Source: Promethearchaeota archaeon | GTDB taxonomy: Archaea; Asgardarchaeota; Lokiarchaeia; Sigyniarchaeales; SOKP01 | DNA: 32,440 bases | Direction: 5' to 3' | Assembly: GCA_018238625.1 (NCBI GenBank) | Contig: JABCSY010000045.1 | Span: forward strand, 1-32,440 | Part shown: positions 19,616 through 28,857 of the stretch, piece by piece | Numbering within the stretch: position 1 is the stretch's first letter | Layout: each line of letters opens with the position of its first letter | Notes under the pieces: model-generated | Seen by the model: only the letters and a program-made list of their open reading frames with translations | Told to the model about the DNA's origin: nothing | The model's database searches: none | Program-made: the position numbers and the translations under genes

Positions 19616-20092
19616 ATACCTAACTGGATAGTCCATAATAAGTGGGCAAAAATAGCGGGAATAGACGAATTAGTCGCGAATGTCGTCGATAGGAACATTG
19701 ACTACGGGACTACTTGGGCGTTTAATTCGAATAATAACGACCCTGACAACGACGAAGAAAGCGCTATCGTCAAACAACTAAAGTTCTTTCATCAAAAAGA
19801 TTTGGAAAAAAAATATAGCGATAAGAACTTGTACGTAAAAGCTTTTTACTTGCATCACCTGTTAGATTATTTTAGAGAAACTCGCTTTGATATTTATGAT
19901 ATTGACCTAATTTTTGATAAATTCCTGCAAGAAAAAGTTAAAACTCAAATGGTAAATAATAAAGGGAAAGAAATCAATTTCCAAACCGAAATTAACCAAA
20001 TTTTCGATCTTTTAAAAAAAAATAAAAGAGAATTATATTCCGATCTAAGAGGGGAATACTTAACAAAGTTAGATAATAAAAAAGAACAATGA
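19616..20092 (+). CDS. Hypothetical protein; likely ATA start at 19616 (ORF track uses TTG 19802)
   Basis: Frame open from 19592: IPNWIVHNKWAKIAGIDELVANVVDRNIDYG...KAFYLHHLLDYFRE; SD-like GTGATC upstream. The N-terminal W..H and HxxxD pattern may indicate a metal-dependent hydrolase fold (inference). Confidence 0.75.
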   Translation: MPNWIVHNKWAKIAGIDELVANVVDRNIDYGTTWAFNSNNNDPDNDEESAIVKQLKFFHQKDLEKKYSDKNLYVKAFYLHHLLDYFRETRFDIYDIDLIFDKFLQEKVKTQMVNNKGKEINFQTEINQIFDLLKKNKRELYSDLRGEYLTKLDNKKEQ

Positions 20093-20255
20093 ACTTATGA
20101 CATAGTACTTTAACCAAGTGCTTCCCTCAGAAATATAACTTTAATTTATAGTAAAAAATAAATATTCAATATCATTAAGGTAGTTATCATTTAATCTATA
20201 AATGTACAATTCAAAATTAATTTTTAAAAAAAATAAGTTAGGAAATTGATTAAAA

Positions 20256-21566
20256 ATGCCTACAGATAAAAAACATTTAAATTTAGTCATAATTGGGCAC
20301 ATAGATCACGGAAAGAGCACATTGATGGGCGCCATGCTCATTAAAAGCGGTGCTGTTTCAGATAGAGAGGCGCGGGAACTAGAAAAATTAGCAAAAGAAT
20401 TCGATAGAGAATCTTGGTCGTACGCTTATGTGTTTGACCGATTGAAAGAGGAAAGACAACGGGGTATTACCATTGATTTAGCGTTTCGAAAGTTTGAAAC
20501 AAAAACAAAATATTTTACCATAATTGACGCACCTGGACACGCAGATTTCGTAAAGAACATGATTACGGGCGCATCTCAAGCGGACGCAGCCATCTTAGTA
20601 ATTTCTGGAAAAAAAGGTGAAATGGAAGTTGGTATTGCCGCAAATGGCCAAACTCGAGAACACGCTTACTTGGCACAGACTTTAGGTGTTAAACAATTAG
20701 TCGTTGCTGTCAATAAAGCAGATGTCTACGATTATAGCGAAGCCCGTTATAACGAAGTGAAAGACGCGGCCTCTGAGCTTTTGAAGAGCATTGGTTTCCC
20801 CGTCAAAAAGATTCCATTCGTTCCAGTTTCGGGCATAAAAGCCGAGAATTTAACGGAGAAAACCGATAAACTTCCTTGGTATGACGGTCCAACCTTACTT
20901 GAAGCAATAGACAACTTTGAAATACCTCCTAAACCTACTAACAAACCCTTAAGAGTTCCTATCCAGGACGCTTATTCAATTAAGGGTACAGGAGTCGTTC
21001 CTGTTGGACGAGTAGAAACTGGCGTATTAAAGAAAAACGATAAAATTGTAATCATGCCTACGGGCTTTCAAGGCGAAATAAGAAGCATCGAAATGCATCA
21101 CGAAGAACAAGATCAAGCTGAACCCGGTGATAATATCGGATTTAGCATTAGAGGTATTGCAATGGCAGATGTGGGGCGCGGCGATGTAATGGGTCATCCG
21201 AGCGATGTTCCAACGGTAATTACCCCAAAAGGGAACTGGACGGGACAGATTATTGTTATTTGGCATCCAACCGTAATTGCTCAAGGATATACCCCCGTTG
21301 TTCACGCTCATACGGCTCAAGTAGCTGCAAGGTTCACCGAACTGATTAAAAAGCTAGATCAGAAGACTGGTGCTGTGATCGAAGACAATCCAAAATTCCT
21401 CAAAAGAAACGAAGCTGCGATCGTTAAATTACAACCGATTAAAAAGCTCTGTATTGAAAAATACGAAGACTTCCCCGAACTTGGAAGGTTTGCGGTAAGG
21501 GACATGGGCCGAACTGCATGTGTGGGGATTGTTAAGGACTTAGTGCCAGGGGAAGAAGAGGAATAA
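20256..21566 (+). CDS. tuf: Translation elongation factor EF-1alpha
   Basis: GHIDHGKST, RGITID, DAPGH, NKAD, LGRFAVRDMG. Confidence 0.99.
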   Translation: MPTDKKHLNLVIIGHIDHGKSTLMGAMLIKSGAVSDREARELEKLAKEFDRESWSYAYVFDRLKEERQRGITIDLAFRKFETKTKYFTIIDAPGHADFVKNMITGASQADAAILVISGKKGEMEVGIAANGQTREHAYLAQTLGVKQLVVAVNKADVYDYSEARYNEVKDAASELLKSIGFPVKKIPFVPVSGIKAENLTEKTDKLPWYDGPTLLEAIDNFEIPPKPTNKPLRVPIQDAYSIKGTGVVPVGRVETGVLKKNDKIVIMPTGFQGEIRSIEMHHEEQDQAEPGDNIGFSIRGIAMADVGRGDVMGHPSDVPTVITPKGNWTGQIIVIWHPTVIAQGYTPVVHAHTAQVAARFTELIKKLDQKTGAVIEDNPKFLKRNEAAIVKLQPIKKLCIEKYEDFPELGRFAVRDMGRTACVGIVKDLVPGEEEE

Positions 21567-21574
21567 AGATTTAA

Positions 21575-21630
21575 CCTTTTTTGCTTTTTTTATTTATATC
21601 TAATTTTATTTATTTTTTCATTTTTTCTAA
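21575..21630 (+). terminator. T-rich archaeal-type terminator region after EF-1alpha
   Basis: Several oligo-T runs immediately after the stop codon. Confidence 0.55.
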
Positions 21631-21734
21631 TTAATCTGATTATAAGATTTCATATTATGTGAATATTATTTTCATTTTTGAACAATTGCTTGCCTTTTCT
21701 AATTAAGGTAATTTTAGATTAGGAAGGGTTAATA

Positions 21735-22211
21735 TTGTTTTCTACAAAGAAAAAGATTTGTTTTATTGGAAATGGAGGTGTAGGTAAAACCTCGTTGTTA
21801 TCATTATTACAGGGAAGGGAAGTCCAAGAGGAAAGAATTCCTACGGTGGGATTAGAAGTAGAAGACTCCATTTTGAACGGTAAAAATTGCTCAATATGGG
21901 ATTTAGGCGGGCAGAAAAGGTTCAAGTTCATGTGGCAGGATTTCTTGAAAGGTGCCGGTTTAGCCGTTATAGTATGCGATTCAACCGAGAAAAACGTAAA
22001 ACAAACTAAGGAGATTTACGATAGATTTGAACGTACTTTAGGGACCAAAATTATTGCCATCGCGAATAAGCAAGACTTGCCTGGGAGATTAAGTGCTCAA
22101 GAAATTCAGAAGAGGTTAGGAGGGCTAAAAACGTATGGAATGTCTGCTATTCGACCTGAATTGCGCGAAAGGATGAAAGAAATTTTAGAATACGAGATAG
22201 CTACTTTTTAA
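21735..22211 (+). CDS. Small GTPase, Arf/Arl-like (eukaryotic signature protein)
   Basis: G1 GNGGVGKT, G2 PTVG, G3 WDLGGQ.RF..MW, G4 ANKQDL, G5 SA. Confidence 0.92.
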   Translation: MFSTKKKICFIGNGGVGKTSLLSLLQGREVQEERIPTVGLEVEDSILNGKNCSIWDLGGQKRFKFMWQDFLKGAGLAVIVCDSTEKNVKQTKEIYDRFERTLGTKIIAIANKQDLPGRLSAQEIQKRLGGLKTYGMSAIRPELRERMKEILEYEIATF

Positions 22212-22231
22212 AATATGTTCTACAGAAAGCT

Positions 22232-22792
22232 TTATAAGGCTTTTCCTATTATGTGAGCTAGTCGAACTGGCTCAGGTATTTTTGAATCAACGCATAATTT
22301 TTTAAGCAAGGATTCTACCTCAGCAAATCGAATCCCTTTAGAATGAAAATAAATTTTGGAGATTCCCCCTGCCGTTTCAATAAAAGTTTCATATAAATTA
22401 CCTGCATTAACTATATTTTGAAGTTTTTCTTTATAGCGATTAGGAAAATTCTTAACAATCGCTTTTTTGACAGCTTTAAGATCGACTTTTCTTTCGGTTA
22501 TAGCTACGATTGGTTTGCTCATTCGCCTGTAAATTTCCTCTAAATCAATAATGTTAAATCCGCCGAAAGTAATTGTGTCAGTTAAAATGTATTGAACATG
22601 TTTTTCGTTTCGTTTAGCAAGTTCGATCAAAACATCTGTAGCGTCGTTTCCATCAATGGTTATTTCTTTTTTAACCATGCTTACCATCCTAACGCCTTGA
22701 CAGACGATCCCAATTAAATCTGTAGTTTTAGAACGTGATTTAAGGTTAAATCTTGCATCGTCAAATCCAATTGTTATTGGAAAGTCCTTCAT
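22232..22792 (-). CDS. DUF99 family protein (endonuclease V-like)
   Basis: IGFDD, ITIDGNDAT, ITFGGFNIID, KIPEPVRLAHII. Confidence 0.92.
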   Translation of the reverse strand: MKDFPITIGFDDARFNLKSRSKTTDLIGIVCQGVRMVSMVKKEITIDGNDATDVLIELAKRNEKHVQYILTDTITFGGFNIIDLEEIYRRMSKPIVAITERKVDLKAVKKAIVKNFPNRYKEKLQNIVNAGNLYETFIETAGGISKIYFHSKGIRFAEVESLLKKLCVDSKIPEPVRLAHIIGKAL

Positions 22793-22794
22793 GC

Positions 22795-23247
22795 TTAATT
22801 CTCAGGTAGGAATTTTTTAATGTGATTTAAAAGCTTTGTGAACGCAATCCTGGCGCTTTCTATCTCGATATGCCTTTCGTATAAATCTCCTGTAAGAGAA
22901 TCCAAAAGGAAATCTATAATTTCTTTTATCGCCATTTTTTCACTAATCCAGATGTAAGCAATAATAGCTTCAACGGTGTCTGCGAGATCGTGAGCATCTG
23001 CTCTGTTTTTCGAAAAACTTTTCATATTTGCGTTTTTTAAAGCTTCTGCCAAAATTGTTTTGCTTACTTTCTTACCCGTTCGAATAATTTTATTATTTTT
23101 GTTATTACGAGTTAAATACATGGATTTAGCAACCGAGTAAGTAAGATTAACGATACTATCTCCGATTTTAGCTAACCCTTTATCAGTTCCTATGGATCTT
23201 TGGGTAAGATTAAGGTTTAAATCTTTTAATAAAAAAATATCTGCCAT
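22795..23247 (-). CDS. Archaeal ribonuclease III family (mini-RNase III-like) protein
   Basis: DKGLAKIGDSIVN, R.DAH.LAD.VEAIIAY.W; typical position after rpoL. Confidence 0.82.
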   Translation of the reverse strand: MADIFLLKDLNLNLTQRSIGTDKGLAKIGDSIVNLTYSVAKSMYLTRNNKNNKIIRTGKKVSKTILAEALKNANMKSFSKNRADAHDLADTVEAIIAYIWISEKMAIKEIIDFLLDSLTGDLYERHIEIESARIAFTKLLNHIKKFLPEN

Positions 23248-23306
23248 TAAGAATAGATGATCAGTAATTTCTTAAAAACTTTTCATAAAACTGAAAAAAA
23301 GATTCA

Positions 23307-23825
23307 TTACATAAGTTTTTTAAATAATTTCTGTGTTTCATCAACTTCATTTCTCAAAGAATCTATTCCTTTGAGAAAGACTTTTTTTAATTTGTATCCG
23401 TCTTCGAGTCTAATAAAAATCTGAGGCGGGGATATGGCTATTTCCGTAATTTTATAAGCCGCAGCAATAACCCCTTCGATCGTTAACAAATGTTTCACAA
23501 AGATATTACAAAAACCATGCGATTGACCTTCAAGGGTTAATGTATAATCGTTGTCACCTGGACCATTAATAACATTTAATTTTAATATTGTGTGTTCTGG
23601 TAGTTCTGGAGCTTGTTCTACTTCTTCTTCTTCTTCGCCTTCTTCTTCCGATTCACCTTTTTCAGTCTTCTCAAATGTTTCTGCAAGAGGTGTCTCGTCC
23701 TTTTTTCCAGATTCATTTGATACTTCGGGGTAATGGCTATCTATATCTTCCTTGTCAAATAAATCTTCTTTAATGTTTTCAAGATCGCTATCTTCTTCCT
23801 TTGGTTCAATTTTTTTTTTTGCCAT
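23307..23825 (-). CDS. rpoL: RNA polymerase subunit L (Rpo11) with long acidic N-terminal extension
   Basis: C-terminal ~95 aa LEGQSHGFCN...LL...GV..AAYKI...P.IFIR fits Rpo11; csl4-rpoL synteny. Confidence 0.82.
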   Translation of the reverse strand: MAKKKIEPKEEDSDLENIKEDLFDKEDIDSHYPEVSNESGKKDETPLAETFEKTEKGESEEEGEEEEEVEQAPELPEHTILKLNVINGPGDNDYTLTLEGQSHGFCNIFVKHLLTIEGVIAAAYKITEIAISPPQIFIRLEDGYKLKKVFLKGIDSLRNEVDETQKLFKKLM

Positions 23826-23917
23826 CTATACTCTACCAAAATCTGTGAATCTAATTTCTCTAATTTAGAATTAAATAAATGTTTTTTGGTTTTAAAACGC
23901 CAAAAAGACAAGCAATT

Positions 23918-24139
23918 TTATAAATATCGATTAGCTAACTCTTTTAACCTTTCAGTTGCTAAATATTGGAGGTCTTTAGGGCCAAATAATGAGATTTTTA
24001 TTGAATTTCCATCAACTGTACAGTTTAGGGTAAGATAATTTATTTTTTTTTGAACTTCTTCAAGAAATTTAACAGTGTTATTTAACTCCCCATTCGAATT
24101 GTAAAAGTGTATTACTTTTCTTCCACCACGGCTACCCAA
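23918..24139 (-). CDS. Small hypothetical protein, possibly the N-terminal domain of DUF2067
   Basis: 73-aa ORF between csl4 and rpoL; KFLEEV...NSIKISLFG...RLKEL pattern. Confidence 0.6.
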   Translation of the reverse strand: MGSRGGRKVIHFYNSNGELNNTVKFLEEVQKKINYLTLNCTVDGNSIKISLFGPKDLQYLATERLKELANRYL

Positions 24140-24168
24140 GAATAAAACCTTTAAAAATTATTTAATTT

Positions 24169-24765
24169 TTAATATCTTAAGTTTTCAGTTACATTTCCGT
24201 AATCGTCTGCTAATTTTCTACTTTCAAGACTTCCACATCTGGGACATCTTAACCTATCTAGCCCTATTTTCTTAAGAGATGTTCCACAAATTATGCAATC
24301 AGCATGAATAACTCCAAAATTTCTTCCAGACGTACTTAGTTTATATTCGTTATAATTCTGCTCAATTACTTTTGCTCGAATAATATCGGTGGTTTGAAAA
24401 GCATCTGCGATCTTCTCGATGTATTTTTTAGATATCTGGGAAACGTGAATATTTCCAAAATGAGAGCTATTAAAATGAATTTTTCCATTGATTGTATGAA
24501 AATTCATGCCCACAGAATACTGTCTTAAAAACAAAGCTGTCCCAATTACCCGATCGCCAACCTTTACTGTTTTTCGATTTTCGTCTTGATGATCCCTTAC
24601 TTCTATTAATCTTCTGTTCGTATCAATATTGATTACTCCAGTTTTTGATGCAATAATTTGACCATCTTTTACATAAGTAGACTGTTTATCGGGTAAAAAT
24701 TCTTCTACAACACCTAAATATTGACCCGTAAGAACGATTTCTTTATTTTTCGCTGATTCTTTCAT
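24169..24765 (-). CDS. csl4: Exosome RNA-binding protein Csl4
   Basis: VLTGQYLGVVEEF, S1 domain IHVSQIS...DIIRAKV, zinc ribbon CIICG...CPRCG..ESRKLA..YG. Confidence 0.95.
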   Translation of the reverse strand: MKESAKNKEIVLTGQYLGVVEEFLPDKQSTYVKDGQIIASKTGVINIDTNRRLIEVRDHQDENRKTVKVGDRVIGTALFLRQYSVGMNFHTINGKIHFNSSHFGNIHVSQISKKYIEKIADAFQTTDIIRAKVIEQNYNEYKLSTSGRNFGVIHADCIICGTSLKKIGLDRLRCPRCGSLESRKLADDYGNVTENLRY

Positions 24766-24881
24766 AACTTTTAACAAAAATCTTTTAATTTCCCTATTAA
24801 ATTATAGTTAATTAAAACAATTAAGTTTTTTCATAATTTTTCATAAATAAAATTATAGCGTGGATATTTTAGGCGATTGAG

Positions 24882-25520
24882 ATTAATAAAAAAGGTTTAA
24901 TATCGTTAGTTCAACAAACAGAAGTATTTTCTAATCCCAAAATCGAGTTAGAGCAATATTGCACTGACGCGAAAAGTGCGGTAGACATCATATATTTTGC
25001 GGGAGTCGAATTTAACGACATTAAAAACCGATTAATATTCGATCTCGGCGCAGGAACGGGCAGGCTATCGATCTCTTGCGCGTACCTTCAAGCTAAGTAT
25101 GTTTTAAGCCTTGATATAGATTTGGATGCGATAAGTGTTTTAAAACGAAATGTTAGAAATTTGGATCTAGACGCTGTAATTATACCCGTTTGTGCTGACA
25201 TTAATAGGTTTGAAATCTCAACGCAATTACTTTCTAAAGAGTTAAAAATCACGACAATTATGAATCCACCTTTCGGAGTGCAAAAAAAAACCGCGGATAG
25301 ATTTTTTTTACAAAAAGCTTTTGCTTTTTCGGATGTAGTTTATTCAATTCATTTAGCTAATGAAAAAGTTCATAATTTTATCTCTAAATTTGTAAGCTCA
25401 AAAAACTGGACAGTCAATTACGTATTACCGTTTAATTTAGTTTTAGAAAGGTCTTTTCCGTTCCACACAAAAAAAACAAAAAAAGTTGCAGTAAATGTTT
25501 ATAGATTTATCAAAAATTAA
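24882..25520 (+). CDS. METTL5-family SAM-dependent N6-adenine methyltransferase; requires a non-canonical (ATT) start
   Basis: In frame upstream of the track start (25122): FSNPKIELEQY.T and DLGAGTGRL; downstream MNPPFG, VVYSIH, FPFH.K. Confidence 0.9.
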   Translation: MNKKGLISLVQQTEVFSNPKIELEQYCTDAKSAVDIIYFAGVEFNDIKNRLIFDLGAGTGRLSISCAYLQAKYVLSLDIDLDAISVLKRNVRNLDLDAVIIPVCADINRFEISTQLLSKELKITTIMNPPFGVQKKTADRFFLQKAFAFSDVVYSIHLANEKVHNFISKFVSSKNWTVNYVLPFNLVLERSFPFHTKKTKKVAVNVYRFIKN

Positions 25521-25536
25521 AAAAAAATAGACTTAA

Positions 25537-26841
25537 TTATTGAAACTTTTTCCAAGAATCTAATTGTTTAGGATAACTAGCATTTACACCTAGGAATTCT
25601 TCAATTCTTAACAACTGGTTATATTTACAGTTTCGATCAGATCTTGCCGTTGCGCCCGTTTTTAATTGACCTGTACAAAGTCCAACTGCTAAATCTGCTA
25701 TGAAGGGATCTTCAGTTTCGCCCGAACGATGGGATACCATGACGTTAAAGCCATTTTTGAAAGACATTTTTGCTGCGTTTATCGCCTCAGTTAATGAACC
25801 AATTTGGTTCACTTTTAATAATAACGCATTTCCCGCTTTTTCTTTAATTGCCTTTTCAAGTATTTTTATATTAGTAACTGTAAGGTCATCGTCAACAATT
25901 TGTATTGATTTATCGACTTTTGCTGTTAAATTGGCAAAACCACTAAACGCTTTTTCGTCAAACGGATCTTCTATTGATGTGAATGGATAATCGTTAATTA
26001 AATCAAGATAATACTGCAACAATTCCCCTTCAGATAACATCTTGCCATCAATATTGTATGTACCATCCTCAAAAAATTCACTCGCAGCCGCATCCATCCC
26101 TAGGGAGAAATCTTTTCCCATGGAAAAGCCAGCTTCCTCAATCGCTTCTATAATAATTTCTACAGCATCTTTAGTTAAAGATAAATTCGGAGCGAAGCCA
26201 CCCTCATCACCTACATTAGTTGCTGAAGGCCCATATTTTTTGCCTAATAACTTCTTTAATGTTTGATACACCTCAGAAACGTTTTGGATTGCTTGAGCGA
26301 AATTTGGTGCTCCCACGGGTAATATCATAAACTCTTGTATCGATAAATCATTGCCCGCATGTTCCCCCCCATTTAAAATGTTGCAGCATGGTAATGGTAA
26401 TAAGAAATCTTTTCGGGTTTTATGGTATGCTAATTCATGGAGATGAACAAATAATGGTTTTTCGTTTAATAATGCTGCTAATTTCGCGGCGGCTAAAGAC
26501 ACTGAAAGTATTGCGTTGGCACCCAAGTTGCTTTTGTTTTCAGTGCCATCGATTGAAAGCATTTCTTTATCTAACTTTTCTTGCTCCCTCACATCAAATC
26601 CGTTTAATTTTTTCCCTAAAACATCGTTAACATTTGATACTGCTTTAGTTACATGTTTACCTAAGAAAGCAGCACCGCCATCTCTCAGTTCAAGGGCCTC
26701 TAGAACACCCGTTGACGCACCTGAAGGAACAGCCGCTCTTGCATAAATCTTATCTACATAAACATCGGTTTCAACTGTCGGATTTCCACGCGAATCTAAA
26801 ATCCAACGAGACTTAATTTTTGTAATTTTAAAGTCTGTCAT
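25537..26841 (-). CDS. eno: Enolase
   Basis: DSRGNPTVE, PSGASTG, GDEGG, LLKVNQIG, SHRSGETED. Confidence 0.99.
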   Translation of the reverse strand: MTDFKITKIKSRWILDSRGNPTVETDVYVDKIYARAAVPSGASTGVLEALELRDGGAAFLGKHVTKAVSNVNDVLGKKLNGFDVREQEKLDKEMLSIDGTENKSNLGANAILSVSLAAAKLAALLNEKPLFVHLHELAYHKTRKDFLLPLPCCNILNGGEHAGNDLSIQEFMILPVGAPNFAQAIQNVSEVYQTLKKLLGKKYGPSATNVGDEGGFAPNLSLTKDAVEIIIEAIEEAGFSMGKDFSLGMDAAASEFFEDGTYNIDGKMLSEGELLQYYLDLINDYPFTSIEDPFDEKAFSGFANLTAKVDKSIQIVDDDLTVTNIKILEKAIKEKAGNALLLKVNQIGSLTEAINAAKMSFKNGFNVMVSHRSGETEDPFIADLAVGLCTGQLKTGATARSDRNCKYNQLLRIEEFLGVNASYPKQLDSWKKFQ

Positions 26842-26953
26842 TTTAAAATTTCCTACTCTATTAATTAAAGTTCTGAAATAAAATAAAGAAACTTTAATTC
26901 TTAATAATATTTTTTTATATAATTATTATAAGCCTTTAGAATTTAACATTTAA

Positions 26954-27925
26954 ATGTCGACAGATAATAGACCTTGGGTAGAAAAGTATAGACCTCGCCT
27001 TTTAGGCGATGTTGTTAATCAAAAGGGAATTATAAAGCGTTTACAACAATTTATTAAAGATAAATCGATGCCCCACCTTATATTTGCTGGTCCAGCAGGT
27101 ACTGGGAAAACAACTTCTGCTCTAGCAATGGTTAGGGGTCTGTATGGTAGAAAAATGGCGATTAATACTACTTTTTTGGAATTAAATGCAAGCGATGCAA
27201 GAGGTATTAATGTAATTAGAACATACATTAAGGATTTTGCAAAAGCAAAACCTCCGTCTGATATACCGTTCAAAACTTTAATCTTAGACGAGGCGGACAA
27301 TATGACGGCGCCCGCTCAGCAAGCACTTAGGAGAACAATGGAAAAATACACTAAAAATTGTAGGATGGTTTTAATTTGTAACTATTCTAACAAAATTATC
27401 CCCCCCATCCAATCTAGATGCGTTGTTTTTAGATTCTCCTCTTTGAATAAAGAGGACATTAAAGAGAGAGTAAAATATATCGCCAATCAAGAGCAATTGA
27501 GCCTAACCCCCGATGGGTTAATTGCTTTAGTAGACGTATCGAAGGGAGATTGCCGTAGAGCTATAAACTACCTGCAATCTTGTGGTACAATTTCAAAAAA
27601 AATCGATCAAGACATAGTTTTTCGCGTTGCTGGCGAAGTGCCATCAGATAAAATAAGAGAAATATTAAAAACTGCAATTGAAGGGCAATTACAATTTTCT
27701 TTGAAATTACTTAACGATATCATAAGAGAATACGGTTTGTCAGGTATAAATATTATTAAAAATATACATCGAGAGATTTATGACTTACAAATTTCAGAAG
27801 ACTTGAAAATTGAGCTTTCTAAACTTTTAGCTGAATCAGAATATCGATTAAGTCAAGGTGGTACGGAAGAGATTCAATTACAAGCGTTATTAGCCAATAT
27901 TGTTATGTTGCATGAAGTTAAATAA
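26954..27925 (+). CDS. rfcS: Replication factor C small subunit (no intein)
   Basis: PWVEKYRP, GPAGTGKT, ELNASDARG, LDEAD, IQSRC. Confidence 0.98.
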   Translation: MSTDNRPWVEKYRPRLLGDVVNQKGIIKRLQQFIKDKSMPHLIFAGPAGTGKTTSALAMVRGLYGRKMAINTTFLELNASDARGINVIRTYIKDFAKAKPPSDIPFKTLILDEADNMTAPAQQALRRTMEKYTKNCRMVLICNYSNKIIPPIQSRCVVFRFSSLNKEDIKERVKYIANQEQLSLTPDGLIALVDVSKGDCRRAINYLQSCGTISKKIDQDIVFRVAGEVPSDKIREILKTAIEGQLQFSLKLLNDIIREYGLSGINIIKNIHREIYDLQISEDLKIELSKLLAESEYRLSQGGTEEIQLQALLANIVMLHEVK

Positions 27926-28735
27926 CTTTTTTTTTAAAGAGAAATTTTGCTCTTGCTCTCTAAAATATTTATCCCTTCTCTCTTTTGATTTATTATCGAT
28001 TACGAAACTTACATTATTACCATAGTTGATATCCCACAAGATCAATCCAAAAGGATCAGCAGGCTGGTAAGAGATATCTTTGGATGGGTCAAATAAATCT
28101 ATAAATTCTTCATAGCTGGTTTTGCCAAATCCTACTTCTAAAATCTTAGCTACCATTCTTCTTATTTGTTGTCTTAGAAAAGCTCTGCTTTTAAAATCGA
28201 ATATAATAAAATTTCCTTCTGTATTAATTGATGTCGCAATCATATCTCTAACGTTTTTTACTTTTTCTTTTCCTTGCTTAGAAAAGTTTTTAAAGTTATG
28301 TCGTCCCTCTAAAGCCTTACATACTTTTTCCATCGCCTTCATATTATCTATGGAGTCGTCTTTGAGGATAGCTTTTGGATATGGCATAATATATTTATAA
28401 TGCCTAAACTGTGCATTATATCTTGAATAAAAGTCAGTTGGAACTTTTGAATAAGCCCAAACGCCAATATTTTTTGGCAAAGCAGAATTTATTTCCATCA
28501 ATATAGGTGTTTTTTCCGTAATAAAAGAAAATGTAGATCCTCGAGCTGAAACGAACTTATCGGTTCTACTTGCCACCTCGAAGCCCGATGTCTTAGCTTC
28601 ATGCATATAGTTCTTTTCTTGTAATGCTGTTAGTAAGCAGTCTTCAATGGTTAAATAATCGGGTTGTCTTTGAGATCCGAAATATTCCTTCGCTCCTATG
28701 TAATAAAATTTAAAGAGATATCTTGTTTTTTCCAT
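27890..28735 (-). CDS. truA: tRNA pseudouridine(38-40) synthase
   Basis: Y.G..Y.GSQRQP, ASRTDKFVSA, HNFKNF, FLRQQIRRMV, ADPFGLIL; ATG 28735 preferred; 36-nt convergent overlap with rfcS. Confidence 0.93.
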   Translation of the reverse strand: MEKTRYLFKFYYIGAKEYFGSQRQPDYLTIEDCLLTALQEKNYMHEAKTSGFEVASRTDKFVSARGSTFSFITEKTPILMEINSALPKNIGVWAYSKVPTDFYSRYNAQFRHYKYIMPYPKAILKDDSIDNMKAMEKVCKALEGRHNFKNFSKQGKEKVKNVRDMIATSINTEGNFIIFDFKSRAFLRQQIRRMVAKILEVGFGKTSYEEFIDLFDPSKDISYQPADPFGLILWDINYGNNVSFVIDNKSKERRDKYFREQEQNFSLKKKLFNFMQHNNIG

Positions 28736-28826
28736 TCCTAATAATTTCATCATTAAAATTATATTAATTTTATGAAAAAATGGATTTTCGTGAAATAAGA
28801 CTTCCAACTTCACAGACCAACTACAA

Positions 28827-28857
28827 GGTGGGACTACGGCTATTGGAACACCCCAAT
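28827..28857 (+). repeat. Intergenic 31-nt direct repeat (29/31) of the aglB WWDYGYW-coding segment at 30616-30646
   Basis: ggtgggactaCggctattggaAcaccccaat versus ggtgggactaTggctattggaTcaccccaat. Confidence 0.92.
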
